NCBI GenBank assembly: GCA_022813865.1
Contig: JALDZX010000019.1
Location: 124,001-188,000, forward strand
DNA length: 64,000 bases
Direction: 5' to 3'
Origin: Xylographa opegraphella
Lineage: Eukaryota
Within the stretch, counting starts at the first letter, position 1; every line of letters begins with the position of its first letter. A program made the position numbers and the translations under genes. Of the stretch, positions 49,328 to 61,044 are shown piece after piece. The notes beneath the pieces are model-generated. The model was not told the origin of the DNA. It searched no databases and saw only the letters and a program-made list of their open reading frames with translations.

Positions 49328-50987
49328 CTAGTCCTCATCTTCCCACTGCTCCATATCGTGCTCGAACTCAGCCTCCATCTCCTTCATCTCTTTCTGCTTC
49401 CTGTGCTTCTTCTCGGCCTTGGACAGCGGCTTCTTGGCCGCCTTGTGCTTCTTGCGCTGCTCCGCGAGGCGGTGGGCCTTGGCCTTCGCCTTGGCGGCGT
49501 GGTGCTTCTTGGATGCGGATAGGTGGGATTTGTGGTGGCCTTTGCGGTGGTGGGGCTTTTCTTCTTCCTCGTCGTCGCATTCGCAGTCCTCGTCCTGGGG
49601 GGAAGAGGGGTTAGCTGGGGTTTGGGGTCGAGTGTGGTTAGGAGTGGGAGGGGAAGAGGGGGGGGGGATTAGGGGTGGGAGGGTGTGGGCAGGGTACATG
49701 GTGGGAATAATGGGGGAGCAGTGTTGTGGAGTTGCTGCGAATATGAATGGGAATTGGAGCGATGCTCAAGATGAAATGGGCTGAGGAAAGCTCGGAGGCT
49801 GCCGGATCTGGGACGGACGGAGAATTTCCTCCATTCAAGTCGACTTCCCACGAGGTCTGGGGGCACGAGGGAGGAGCCAAGCATTGCAGTAGATAGGTAC
49901 GTACCTCTTCCACATGCTTTCCGTGTTTCTTGCCCTTATGCTGGGAACGAGTCAGTAAATCCAAACTCCGAGTGTCAGGATATAGAAACTGACCTTCTTA
50001 TCGTCCTTTTTCTTGTCATCTTTTTTCTTGTCGTCTTTCTTTGGTTTTTCAGCTGCCTATAGAGATGTCAGCTTCTGTAGAGTGGAGTGTCCTGCATGAT
50101 ATGAATGGCAAAGTGAAGCAGGCGTCATGTTTGGGAATTTAACTTCCACCTTGCAAATGCCGGTGGGATAACCAGGAGCTAGGCAGATCGAGAGAAACAC
50201 GTGGAGTGGACGTTATATATGAGATGGAGAACGGTATTACCTTCTTCTTCTCATCTTCCTGCATATCATTAGCGGCAATTAATGGAAATAGACGCTGGAA
50301 GCACTCAAACCTTCTTTTTAGCTTCCGCTTTTTTCCGTTCCTCCGGTGACATCTTCTTTAGTCTTTCCTTTTCATCATCCTGGTGAAATGTCAGTAAGAG
50401 CATGGCATGGATCTAGTTACAGACGACAGAGTGGATGTTGCTCACCTCCTTTTTCTTTTTGTCTGCAGCAGCTTTCTCATCTGCTTTTTTCTTATCGTCC
50501 GCAGCTTTGTCTGGTGATGCTGACCGCTTTTCATTCTCATCGTCATCATCTTCCTCGACGTGGTGTGCGTGCTTGATATGTTTCGTCTTCTTGTTTTTCC
50601 GGTCCTTGGACGATTTTTTATTTTTACACGAGCATTTCTTCCCCTTTTTGGAGCTGTGCTTCTTTGGATGACTCTTTTTGCTCGAGTGACTTTCTTCTTC
50701 TTCGCGATCCTCATCGTGATGCGCCTGTGAACAAGGTCAGCAGTTGAACCAAGCGAGGTAATTTGGGTCTAAGAATATACCGCCATGGCACCAGCGAACG
50801 CTTCGCGGGTGTAGAGATCAGCGCCGACATCGAGAGATGCTAGTTGCCTTTCAACGAGATCTAGACCAGCAGCATCGAGTGACTCGGCATCTCTAGTAAC
50901 CACACCGACTGATTCCTCTTCGTGTAGGGGTGCAGCCAATGACAGAACACTAAGGAGTGCAACACCGAGAATCTTTGAGGAGACCAT
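49328..50987 (-). CDS. Secreted, highly charged Lys/Glu/Asp/His-rich protein, 7 exons, ~312 aa
   Basis: Signal peptide MVSSKILGVALLSVLSLA. Exons 50987-50781, 50724-50446, 50379-50311, 50258-50241, 50056-49994, 49940-49905 and 49594-49328. All introns are GT-AG with CTGAC/CTAAT/CTAAC branch sites and all are phase 0. Confidence 0.78.
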
Positions 50988-52272
50988 GATGTGGGCTTGA
51001 ATAAAAATATGCTAGCTGATGTACAAGATGTGGTTTAGTTATACAAACGTATGGAATGTAATAGAGGAAATGTGTCTGAGGTAGGAATTGGATGAAGGGA
51101 GCGCCTGTCTCTGATGACCGTAATGAGTGCGTGGGTGTAGAATGTTATATACAGGAGAGATACTCTAAGGCCAGCCTCCAACCAACCACTAGGAGCAGGC
51201 CGAGCACTGCTTCGTGTGTTCCAGACGATCCTGTTGGCAAAGTGTTTGCAGCGGACCCTTTGGAAGTGGGACTAGCAGAGTGGGAGCGAGGGATTGGTAT
51301 TACGCAAGTGAGCATCTCCACGAGCCAAACATGAATCGTCCTGGAATGGATGTTGGGGCCAAGAGGCCTCGGAGTGTGCCTGAAGCACGTAAGTGGAAAG
51401 GCAAGCATGATCACGGAAGGAGGGACTAGACTGCCAACAGTCTCGGCAGTCTAGACCAATCTTCAGGACGATGAGAGTGAGTAACAATTCAAGCTCGACG
51501 CAGATTTCCACACTGTAAAACTAAGAGCGAGCCTCCAAAAAGCGAACCAACAACGTGTGCCGTGTCGGATCAGCCAACAGGGCTGTGCAGCGACAAAATG
51601 GCATCCCAACGAGTGCGACATTGTTAGGGTAGACTCTCACTGAGGCTTGAACACGGAGAATTCATATTTTCAAATTGATTGCTCGAGGTATATTAATAAG
51701 ATAACGTTGCAGCAGCATCTGCAAGTAGAGCGTCCGCTTCGCAGTTTTTGGGAGTCGCAGTGAGACCGTTCTACAGACCAGTCCGTGCCGAAACAACTTT
51801 CCGAATAGGTGCGAAGCCTAGTTGGAAGAAAGATTTCACAACACGTAGAGCTTGCCTAGTAATCAGCCGACGACGGTTCATGAATGGCTATGCCTCTACG
51901 GAGTACATCGTACAGGTTCTAACATTCTTGTACGTGGAAGTAGGATATTTACATAACCTTAAGCGTAGACTAACTTAGGCCCTAGCATAATTTGGGTTGG
52001 CTTTTGTGAAATTCACAAATCAGATGCATTCTGTTGCATACTGAATGGCCACAGGAACTGTGGGATGACAGTCGTGGTTGACACTTTTTTCGTGTGTTCT
52101 AACATTGTTCTTCAGGCCCAGAGCCTGAGAAGTGTCCCCCAGCCGCATTCGAAGAGGTGGTAACCTAGTCCTCTTCCGCAGTGTTGCCCTCCTGAAAACT
52201 TCATACCAAGTTCTCCTCGAGCAGTACAGTACAGTCTGACTCGCGGAATTAGCTTGGACTGAAACCTCGGTC

Positions 52273-53485
52273 ATGGCTTTTCTGGGGAAGCTCAAGAAGA
52301 ATAGTGTCTCTGTCAACAAGGTGCCGTCTCTCGCTTCAGATGCCGTTCTCAAACCGTCTCAACCAATTGCTGCGGGGATGCGCGAAGTGGATGGGATCGA
52401 CTTCAATGATTATGCTGGGAGAGACATCACCGTGAGCGAGCTGGTCGCCGGTATGACGAACATGGGATTCCAAGCAACAGCTGTCACGGAGGCTACCCGG
52501 ATCATCAACGACATGGTAATAGATGTCTCCTCGAAAGGAGAACTATGCTAAAGGGCTTTCTAGAGGACTTGGAGCGACCCGGAAACAGGCGAGAAGACCA
52601 CAATCTTTCTTGGCTACACATCGAATCTGGTCTCCTCAGGCCTCCGAGAGACGATTCGATACCTAGTTCAGCACAAGCATATATCCGCAATTGTCACTAC
52701 AGCTGGTGGCGTGGAAGAAGATCTCATTAAATGCCTTGCGCCCACGTATCTTGGCTCTTTCACCACACCTGGGGCGGAGTTGAGGGCCGCTGGTATGAAC
52801 CGTATAGGCAATCTGATTGTCCCAAACGCAAACTACTGCGCGTTCGAGGATTGGGTGATGCCGATCCTGGATCAAATGCTAGTTGAGCAAGAAGCTTCTA
52901 AAGAATCGAAGGGAGATACTTTGGTATGGACTCCGAGCAAGGTTATTCACAGGTTGGGAAAGGAAATCAACAATCAATCATCGATATTGTGGTGGGCATA
53001 CATGAATGATATTCCGGTGTTCTGTCCGGCCTTGACCGATGGGAGCTTTGGGGATATGCTCTACTTCCACACTTTCAAGTCTTCCCCCAAAGTCCTGGAT
53101 ATAAGTATCACAAGAGACATCAGAAGAATAAACGGTATGTCTTTGGTTGCAAAGCGGGCCGGAATGATCATCCTCGGCGGTGGCTTAGTCAAGCATCATA
53201 TCGCCAATGCGTGTCTAATGCGGAATGGCGCCGAAAGCGCAGTCTATATCAATACAGCTCAGGAGTTTGATGGTAGTGACGCAGGCGCGAGACCCGACGA
53301 AGCCGTCAGTTGGGGTAAGATAAAGATCGGAGCCGACAGCGTCAAAGTAATATTACCTCATCCTGACCGTGCAGAGACGGATTAACGAATCGCAGGTCTA
53401 CGCTGAAGCTACTGTTGTCTTCCCTTTAATTGTTGCTGCTACTTTCGCCAGAGCGAATCCGCAAGGTGTGGAATGGCTTGAGTGA
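52273..53485 (+). CDS. DYS1: Deoxyhypusine synthase
   Basis: Motifs [68 protein letters not shown]. Introns 52516-52563 and 53347-53395. Confidence 0.96.
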
Positions 53486-54256
53486 GTTTGGAAACGAATT
53501 GATACCTTACAGAATTCCAAGTATCCAACAACAACGAAGAACGCCATTGACACCGACGATGTCATATTATTAGTTCGCACGACACGAGATTCTCTACCCT
53601 GTGCCGACGACCTCCTGGCAATAAGCACGAGATGTGCTGAAGCAGGGATGTCATCATGGGATCATCTTGACCGCGTTCCATTTAGAGACTTAGTCTCTGA
53701 TGTCCAGCCAAGGTCGACGCTCCGAATTGGAAGTGGCTGAGTGTTCATCAAGCTTCCGGACTCTAATGCTTGAGATGGTAACCTATAAGCACGATCTACT
53801 CTACCACAGCCTCGACGCAAAAGTGTAAGCCTGATTTTGGTGGGTAAATACATGCTATTTAGCAACTCAATTGGAGTCTTTACCGTGCGCAATCCTCGGT
53901 CTGACCTCCTCACTTATCGATTCTTGGTCGGTCAGTTCGACATGGGTACCAAAATTCTATATATCAGCTGTCGGAGATGGGACCTCATACCATGACAAGG
54001 TGCTAAACGCCGGAGCAGGGCATACTAGGTAATACCGTAATGACGAGGGAGTGTTCGGGCATTACTACACTTTCCGATTTAGGTTCGGAACCCTAAAGCG
54101 ATCTTATTGCGGCTATAGAAATGGCATACATTTCACACCGTGCTTTGTAGGCTAGAATAAGATGGATTCGTTGTTTGAAACGCATCTCAGCAAGGCCTGT
54201 GACCGTACGGAGTATGGAGCACGTACGCAGGTAAGATTAGATGGGATGATTATCGA

Positions 54257-54283
54257 TAAGGCTGAGCTACGTGCTCAGCCTTA
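54257..54283. repeat. Perfect 11-bp inverted repeat (taaggctgagc-N5-gctcagcctta) in a promoter region
   Basis: Read directly from the sequence. It overlaps a TTATCGATAA palindrome (paired GATA sites), ~300 bp upstream of ATG 54578. Confidence 0.8.
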
Positions 54284-54577
54284 GCCGCCTGGGCGGAACT
54301 CGAAATGTGCTAGATGTCTTGGCAGGGCCCGGGGGCTGCGGTGCGAGGCTCTGTCCGCTCATGGTTCGAAATCCCCCCAACAGCTGCCTACCTAACGTTG
54401 ACTCACTCACTCAGTCAGAGTCGCGGTTTGCTCAAATATATCTTGCTTGCACCTGTACATGCCTCCTGCAGGTCCAGTCTCAAGCATCTCGCCTGCCTAC
54501 ATGTTCCATTTGCATGTGAATCTCTTGCCTGGAGTCAGATTGCTTTACCTTATCGCCGACTAACACATTGAAACACC

Positions 54578-57500
54578 ATGAACATCGCTCTTAGTCCATC
54601 GTCACGCAACGTGGAAAGCTCTTTGTTATCTTACGCTACTCATAGCACAGCTTCATCTAGCCCTTCCTTTCACTTCTCCTCGGTACAGCAATCAGCTCGA
54701 GAAGCCTCCAGATCCTTATCACCACACGACGGCTCGGCTTCTATTGATCCGCCAGGCCTCACTGTACCAGACGCACATTTAGATCATGATATCATGGATT
54801 CGGAAGTGTCGTCCACATCGCCTTCTCTATTCACTCATGAAACCGCAGATATACCACAACGCAATGAGAACATCGAGAGATTAGATCCAGGCATCTATGA
54901 GGAGGGACAAAACCACGATCGGATGATGATAGATGAGCCGGGAGTTGAGCAGCTGCCCAATATAGGCTTTTTACCTCCACTGGGTGAAGGTCCTAATCTC
55001 TCGGTCATACCTCTCGCTCCTCCGAGTTCTGGCTCCAGTACTCCAGTGGCAGAAAGTTTCCCGCCTGCTTCTGAGACCACTGTTGACGGCAATCCCATTT
55101 CGACTGATCATGAGCGGTCGGGTACAAACGCAGCTGTGCAGTTGGCTCCTGATGGGGAGGACGACGAGGATACTGGCGATGAATCGCCATACGATGACGA
55201 CAGTGGGTTTTGGGAAAGTTTCTGCGAGGATAATTCCAGTCCTTCCGAGGAAGAGCTGTACGAAATCAATCGCCGGCCGAAAATATCCGCCCTCAATCAC
55301 GACCACTGGGAAGACATTTTCTTTCAAGAAGTTGGTGATCCAGAGCATACCGTTGCTGCTACCGGTCATATCCTCTGGACCGTGCCCGTGTTTCATGGGA
55401 CAAAAGAAGATCCCAACAGAGAAAGGGTCATGAGATCTCCATCCGTCAATATTGGAGGTTATGTATGGAATATCAAGATGCTGCCCAGGGGGGACGAGAC
55501 GACTGATCAAATCAGCGTGTACGTCGAGTGTACTGGACCGGCTGCGGCCGATAACGCCAGGAAGCCTAGTATTATAGGAGAAAATGTAAATCTTGCAGCA
55601 GCGAACAACAGCTCTACACTTCCAATCTCTACCGACGAAGTGGTGACAATGTCCTTAACTGACCAACCTCGAAGTCATGTAAGCGCTGAAACGCCTTTTC
55701 ACAAAGCTGCCGACATTCAAACCACCAATGACATAGACAATGCCTTCCCGGACGCCCCATGGGATGTTGCAGCGCAAATTGGATGTGTTATGTACAACCC
55801 AAATGAGCCACGGGTCAGAGTGTATGACAAAAGTGCACACCATTACGACAATAGTAGTAAAGATTGGGGTTGGGTACGATTTCACGGACCATGGGAAACT
55901 ATTCACCTCCGCGAGCATCTCCAGCGGCAGCCTTTACTTCGCAATGATACCATTGCCCTGACTGCTTATGTTCGGACATTTGATGATCCTACAAAAGCTC
56001 TGTGGTGGCACCAGGAAAAGCAAAATCAGTGGGATAGCCTTCTCAAAGCTGGAAACAGAGGCTTATTCACGCCTGGTCAAAATGGAAGAGCTCTTGTCGC
56101 GGCATTGTCTGCTTGGCTACATCTCAAACCCTTCCAAGAGATTGTACATCAGGCTTTGTCTGGTTCTTCTTCTGCAATATCTGGTGCCCGTGTTCGCCCG
56201 CTCACGTTGACTTTAGCTTCTCTCCTTGAGAGAATCTTGGACACTAAGTCCACTCTTACAGTTCCTTCGTCGCCAGTTTCGCTTGAAATACTCTTAAAAA
56301 CTCTAGAATGGCATGATTGGGACCTGGATCCAAGTTGTGACGTGATCAAGATATGGGAGACATTTCAACACCTTCTCAATCAAGAGTATTACGATATGGA
56401 AGGCGATGTGCTTCTTCCCAATATTTTTCGTGAGATTGTTACTCTTCGACAAGTCAACTACCCTCGAATATCAGCGGAAATTAAGCTATCGTTGGAAAAT
56501 CCCAAATCTTTGGACTACGGTCCAAATAATACACAGGACGTACTTGACAATCTCCTAAAAGAGCCGCCGCATGGAAATTCGTCCTGGAGCAGAGACAAGG
56601 GGATCAGCGGGCTGTGCACATACCTTCCGTCTGTCCTGCAGCTCGAATTACCTCGCCAGAAGTACGACGCAGTATCGAGAAAATGGACGAAACTAGCGCA
56701 TCGAATTGAATTAAATGACAGCGTTACCATTATATCTTCATCTCCAACAAAGTACATACTATTCGGTATAATTGTTCACACAGGAAAGCTAGGATCAGGT
56801 GAATGGGATGCTATTATTCGTCCTGGTGGGCCACAATCTCGATGGCTACAGTACAGCGGCTCAGATCACCTTCAGCGACACGTCCGGTATCTCACACACC
56901 AAGAAGCAATTTTATCACATGAAGGAGTGGGACATCGATCTGTAGGCGATATCCCTGTTGCTTACATCGCTCAGTATGTACGTTCAGATCTCTTGCAATC
57001 AGAGCTCAACCACGTTCATCCACATCATATGGCTACCAACTTAATGCGTGAGGAATCATTCCTCTCAAATGACTCTATTTCTAGACCAGCAATCGTCAAC
57101 ATCCAGGTCTTCGATTCAAAGATATTCACTGGCTGGAGTGATCGCGGATTTATAGACGCGTGGGCTAAGAGTAATACACGTTGCACCCATCATTGTACTC
57201 TAGAGCTCCAGAAAAGCGGCGACACAAAGATTGATGAGGTGCGAGAGGAATTGATCTCTATACTGCAGTACACATACTGCCGAATCTGGGCATTGTCTGC
57301 AACTCCAAAAGAATCCAGTCTAAGTCCAAATCGGTTGGCTCCGGAGTTCATAGGCGATGGTGCAGACCTCCGGCTGCAAGACCTAGTAGATATGGATGGC
57401 GTGTGCCGGTTTTGGATACATGCACAAGGTCCTCCATTGAAAGACATTGAAGGACCCGAACCTCGTAACGGAGAAGAGCCCTTAACTGTCGTGGACAATG

Positions 57501-58510
57501 ACCAAAGCTCGACTTCCAATACGACTCAACTTGTTCGGGCCCACGACGATGCTGTGATGGGTGGCACTCAGGACGCGGAAGTCGTGAGTTCGATATCGGA
57601 AGCTCAACTCAAGATTCAGGAAGGGACCTACTATTTTGTAAAACGATTTGATGTTAGGATGCAAAGCCTAACAGCTATTGGGAGCTTCATAGAGTATGAT
57701 ACGGCACAGATTGGTGCAGCACTCGAACAATGGGGTTTCCTACCAGCAAATAAGAAATTTGACTTATACGCAGAGACACAGACCATTTGCCGGGAGGCGC
57801 CAATATCATACAATAGCAGCTTTGCTAATGAAGGACTTGGGACAGGTGCCGTTATCATCTTACAAGATAGACTTCCAGACAGAGAGTAGGTGTTTCCCTT
57901 TGCCATCAATGTGTATTAATATCACTGACTCGAAATATTCTACAGGGTCCAACAGATATCTCAGCAGGGCGGAATTACAACAGCATTAGACTACTATGTA
58001 TATCTATGGAGGAGACTCAACCCCATCTTCACTGGAACTCGACGGTCCCAGACTTATTTTGGTGAAGACTACAAGGACGCCGAGGTCAAATTCTGTCGCT
58101 TCCATGGCCAATGTGTCCATGTGGCCTCAACTGGCGACGCATACATCGGCAATTGTGTCTCGGGCACATACTCTGGAATCGGCACCATGTACTACACTAA
58201 CGGAGACACATACCGCGGCGAGTGGGTGGATGATCTACCGAACGGGCAGGGCAAGATGGTGTACGCCAAGACAGGGAACACTTACACTGGAGGCTGGCTG
58301 AACGGAAAGCGACACGGGAAGGGCACGATGTACTTCGAAGTCGCGGATGAGGACCTGGAGACGTGCCGCATATGCTACGAGGCGCAGATCGACGCCCTCT
58401 TCTACCGCTGCGGCCACGTCGTCGCGTGCGAGGAGTGCGCCAAGCAAGTTGAGGTCTGTCCGATCTGTCGCATGCCCGTGGGCGCGGTGGTGAAGATATG
58501 GAAGTCGTGA
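54578..58510 (+). CDS. MATH + degenerate USP(UCH)-like domain + MORN repeats + C3HC4 RING-finger protein
   Basis: MATH: MRSPSVNIGGYVWNIKMLPRG...ISVYVEC...DWGWVRF. USP-like: LPSVLQLELPRQKYD and YILFGIIVHTG. Intron 57886-57945 joins in frame to MORN repeats (YRGEWVDDLPNGQGKM) and the RING CRICY...CGHVVACEEC...CPICR. Confidence 0.85.
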
Positions 58511-58950
58511 AAAGAAGCACAGTGTCGGACTGGGGCAAGCGGAAGAGGAGTATGTGAAGCACAATATTGGTCCCATGTCCACTACTAACGGCGTGAGGGG
58601 CCGCTGATGACGTTACGACGATATCCGACGACTTTTATTACTTTTCGGGAATTAGCTTTGGTGTTGTGGCCGCGTGGCATGCCCGCGAGCGTTGGCCTGC
58701 TGCCATTCTTTGGGCAGGGGTTTGGGGAGTCAACAGATTGCACATGGGGATATCCGCTCCGCACATACTTTCCATTCATGAGGGGTGTTTTATATTTCGG
58801 ACGAGAGACTGCGCTGTGTCTTCGGGCATGTAGGTACTCGGGACGGCCTGCACATTTTATCTTCGAACGTCTTGGTCTATCCCCAGTGAAATGAGTGACT
58901 TGTCAATCGTGGGTGAATACACATACATTGTAAAGCATGATATTCCGACA

Positions 58951-60972
58951 CTAACTAGTCCCATCGGCCTTCGCATTGACCTTCTTAGCCTTAGGATCAA
59001 CCCCCTTCTTCTTCATCCTTCTTCTCCTCCCCCTCTCGATATAAGCCTCATCTTCATCCTCATCCCACCCTCCAAAGACCTCCTCTCCCTCCCCATCCTC
59101 ACCTCCATCCATATCGACGTCTATCCGATCCTCTGCACCACTCTCATTCCCCGCCCCCAGCGCCCCGACCACAGCCCCCGCACCCGCGGGACTCGGCCCC
59201 GTCTTCTTCAGTTTACTGACAAAGAAGCCGTCGACGTTGTACTTGTGCGGATAATACCGTCTCGTCATCTTCATATCGCGATCGAAGGCCTTGCCCATGT
59301 AGTTGACGAAGCCCTCGACCCCGAACGCCAGGCCCGTCTCCACGAGCCGCACGTTCGGCCGCTTCCGCAGCGCGTACTGCACCACCTGCTCGTTCTCCTC
59401 CACCGTCACGCTGCAGGTCGAGTAGACGATGTAGCCGCCCGTCTTGCTCGCGTGGTCGACGGAGTCGATGGCGGCAAGCAGTAGCTGCTTCTGCAGATGG
59501 GGCAGGAGCATGAAGTCCCTCTCCGTCTTGTTCGTCTTGACGCTCGGGTCCTTGGCGATGACCCCCGTGCCGGAGCACGGCGCGTCCAGCAGCACGCGGT
59601 CGAAGCCGCCAATCACCTTGGGAAACTCCCGCGCGTCGTGACTGCACACGATGGTGTTCTTCGCGCCGAGGCGGTGGATGTTACCGATAAGGGCTTTGGC
59701 GCGCGCTTTGTTCGCGTCGTTGGCGAACACGCAACCGGTGTTTTTCATGAGCGCGGAGATGTACGTCGTTTTGCCACCAGGGGCAGCTGCCATGTCGAGG
59801 ATACGTTCGTCGGGTTGAGGGGCCAAAGCCATGACGGGCAGGAAGGAGGAAGCTGCTTGCAGCATGTAGTGCCCGGCAAGGTATTCAGGAGTGGCGCCAA
59901 GAGGGACTTGGGACTCGAAGATCTGCAGCCCGACTTTCGACCACTTGCCCACAGGCTCGAGCGTCACACCCCGGTTGATGAGGGATTGGGCAAGCTCGCG
60001 ACGATGGGTCTTGAGAGTGTTGGTGCGAATGGTGAGGGGACGAGGGGACTCGTTGGCTTCGAAGAAGGCGAAGGCTTCGCGTGGAGGAAATAGGTCGAGT
60101 AGCTTAGCAGCAAGAAAGGGGGAGTAGCCGTAGTAGGCGCAGATATCTTTAAGAAGCTGTGCGGTGTAGTCGGCGCGCGAGCGGTCGTCTTCTGAGAGCT
60201 TAGCGAAGTCGTCGAGAACGCGGACGGTGTCTGTAATGCGGGTTCGGAGGAGTTGGAGGTCAGGGGCAAGGCGAGAAGCGGTGGTGGCGCCTTCTTCATC
60301 ATCGTCGGCATCTTGGAGGATTCTGGGACGATCTCCGTCGATGTTCGTCTGTAGAGCAGCTTCTTCGAGCTCGAGTTGCGCTTCTGCGGCTTCGTCTTCC
60401 TGGGTGGCATCAAGTCGTCGTGACAAGCCTTCGATATTTGCAGCTGTGAGTTTCTCTTCGGCGTCTGAATCTCCCTCGTCCTCTGAAAACATGGCTCGGG
60501 CGTTTCCTTGGTCTGAGTCGTAGACTGACGAACCTGATTCCAGAAAATCGTCTTGCAGTTCTCCTGTTCCAAGGTCTATGTCTTCGTCATCCGATGCGTC
60601 CAGTGACTCGTCTTCACTGCCTTCACCGCCCCCCAGTAGATCAGCAGCATCATCATCTGAGCTTTCGGCTGAAGGAGTTTGCTTCTTCGCAGCACCTCTG
60701 AAGCTTGCGGCCTGTTGACTTCTTTTGTCGGCCGGTTTTGCGCTGCCATTGACGAAATTGCCCTTCGTACCATGCTTCAGTCCAGAATTGGCAACGCCAT
60801 TGGTTGGCTTACTCGTCGGTGCTGTACGTGCAGTGTTCCCCGAAGGTCTCCTCTTTTTGACCTGTGTGCTATCCTCAGTGTCCAAGGCTTTTCGCTTTTT
60901 CAAGGACGAGATGCGCAATTCGTCTAGAGGTGGAGGAGGTCCCTGTTTTTTCATACGCCGACCAACCCCCAT
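58951..60972 (-). CDS. NOP2: 25S rRNA (cytosine-C5)-methyltransferase Nop2
   Basis: Starts MGVGRRMKKQG. Motifs RTNTLKT, GATPEYLAGHYMLQ, LDMAAAPGGKT, LLDAPCSGTG, VYSTCS, DGFFV. Confidence 0.97.
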   Translation of the reverse strand: MGVGRRMKKQGPPPPLDELRISSLKKRKALDTEDSTQVKKRRPSGNTARTAPTSKPTNGVANSGLKHGTKGNFVNGSAKPADKRSQQAASFRGAAKKQTPSAESSDDDAADLLGGGEGSEDESLDASDDEDIDLGTGELQDDFLESGSSVYDSDQGNARAMFSEDEGDSDAEEKLTAANIEGLSRRLDATQEDEAAEAQLELEEAALQTNIDGDRPRILQDADDDEEGATTASRLAPDLQLLRTRITDTVRVLDDFAKLSEDDRSRADYTAQLLKDICAYYGYSPFLAAKLLDLFPPREAFAFFEANESPRPLTIRTNTLKTHRRELAQSLINRGVTLEPVGKWSKVGLQIFESQVPLGATPEYLAGHYMLQAASSFLPVMALAPQPDERILDMAAAPGGKTTYISALMKNTGCVFANDANKARAKALIGNIHRLGAKNTIVCSHDAREFPKVIGGFDRVLLDAPCSGTGVIAKDPSVKTNKTERDFMLLPHLQKQLLLAAIDSVDHASKTGGYIVYSTCSVTVEENEQVVQYALRKRPNVRLVETGLAFGVEGFVNYMGKAFDRDMKMTRRYYPHKYNVDGFFVSKLKKTGPSPAGAGAVVGALGAGNESGAEDRIDVDMDGGEDGEGEEVFGGWDEDEDEAYIERGRRRRMKKKGVDPKAKKVNAKADGTS

Positions 60973-60981
60973 TGTAATGAT

Positions 60982-61044
60982 CTGTAAAATCAAACGTCAG
61001 CGGGGCTTGCCCTGCGAGAGTTCCTGCACTGGAATCGACCGTAC
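60982..61044 (-). other. Probable 5'-UTR intron of NOP2
   Basis: GTACGG donor at 61044, GCTGAC branch point and TTTTACAG acceptor 9 nt before the ATG. Confidence 0.65.

Noticed and set aside
54088..54097. AACCCTAA as a telomerase RNA template or telomeric seed
   Set aside because: Single partial copy lacking the full TAACCCTAA, with no supporting structure.
54320..54385. GGTTCGAAATCC resembling a tRNA T-loop
   Set aside because: No cloverleaf, acceptor stem or A-box can be formed.
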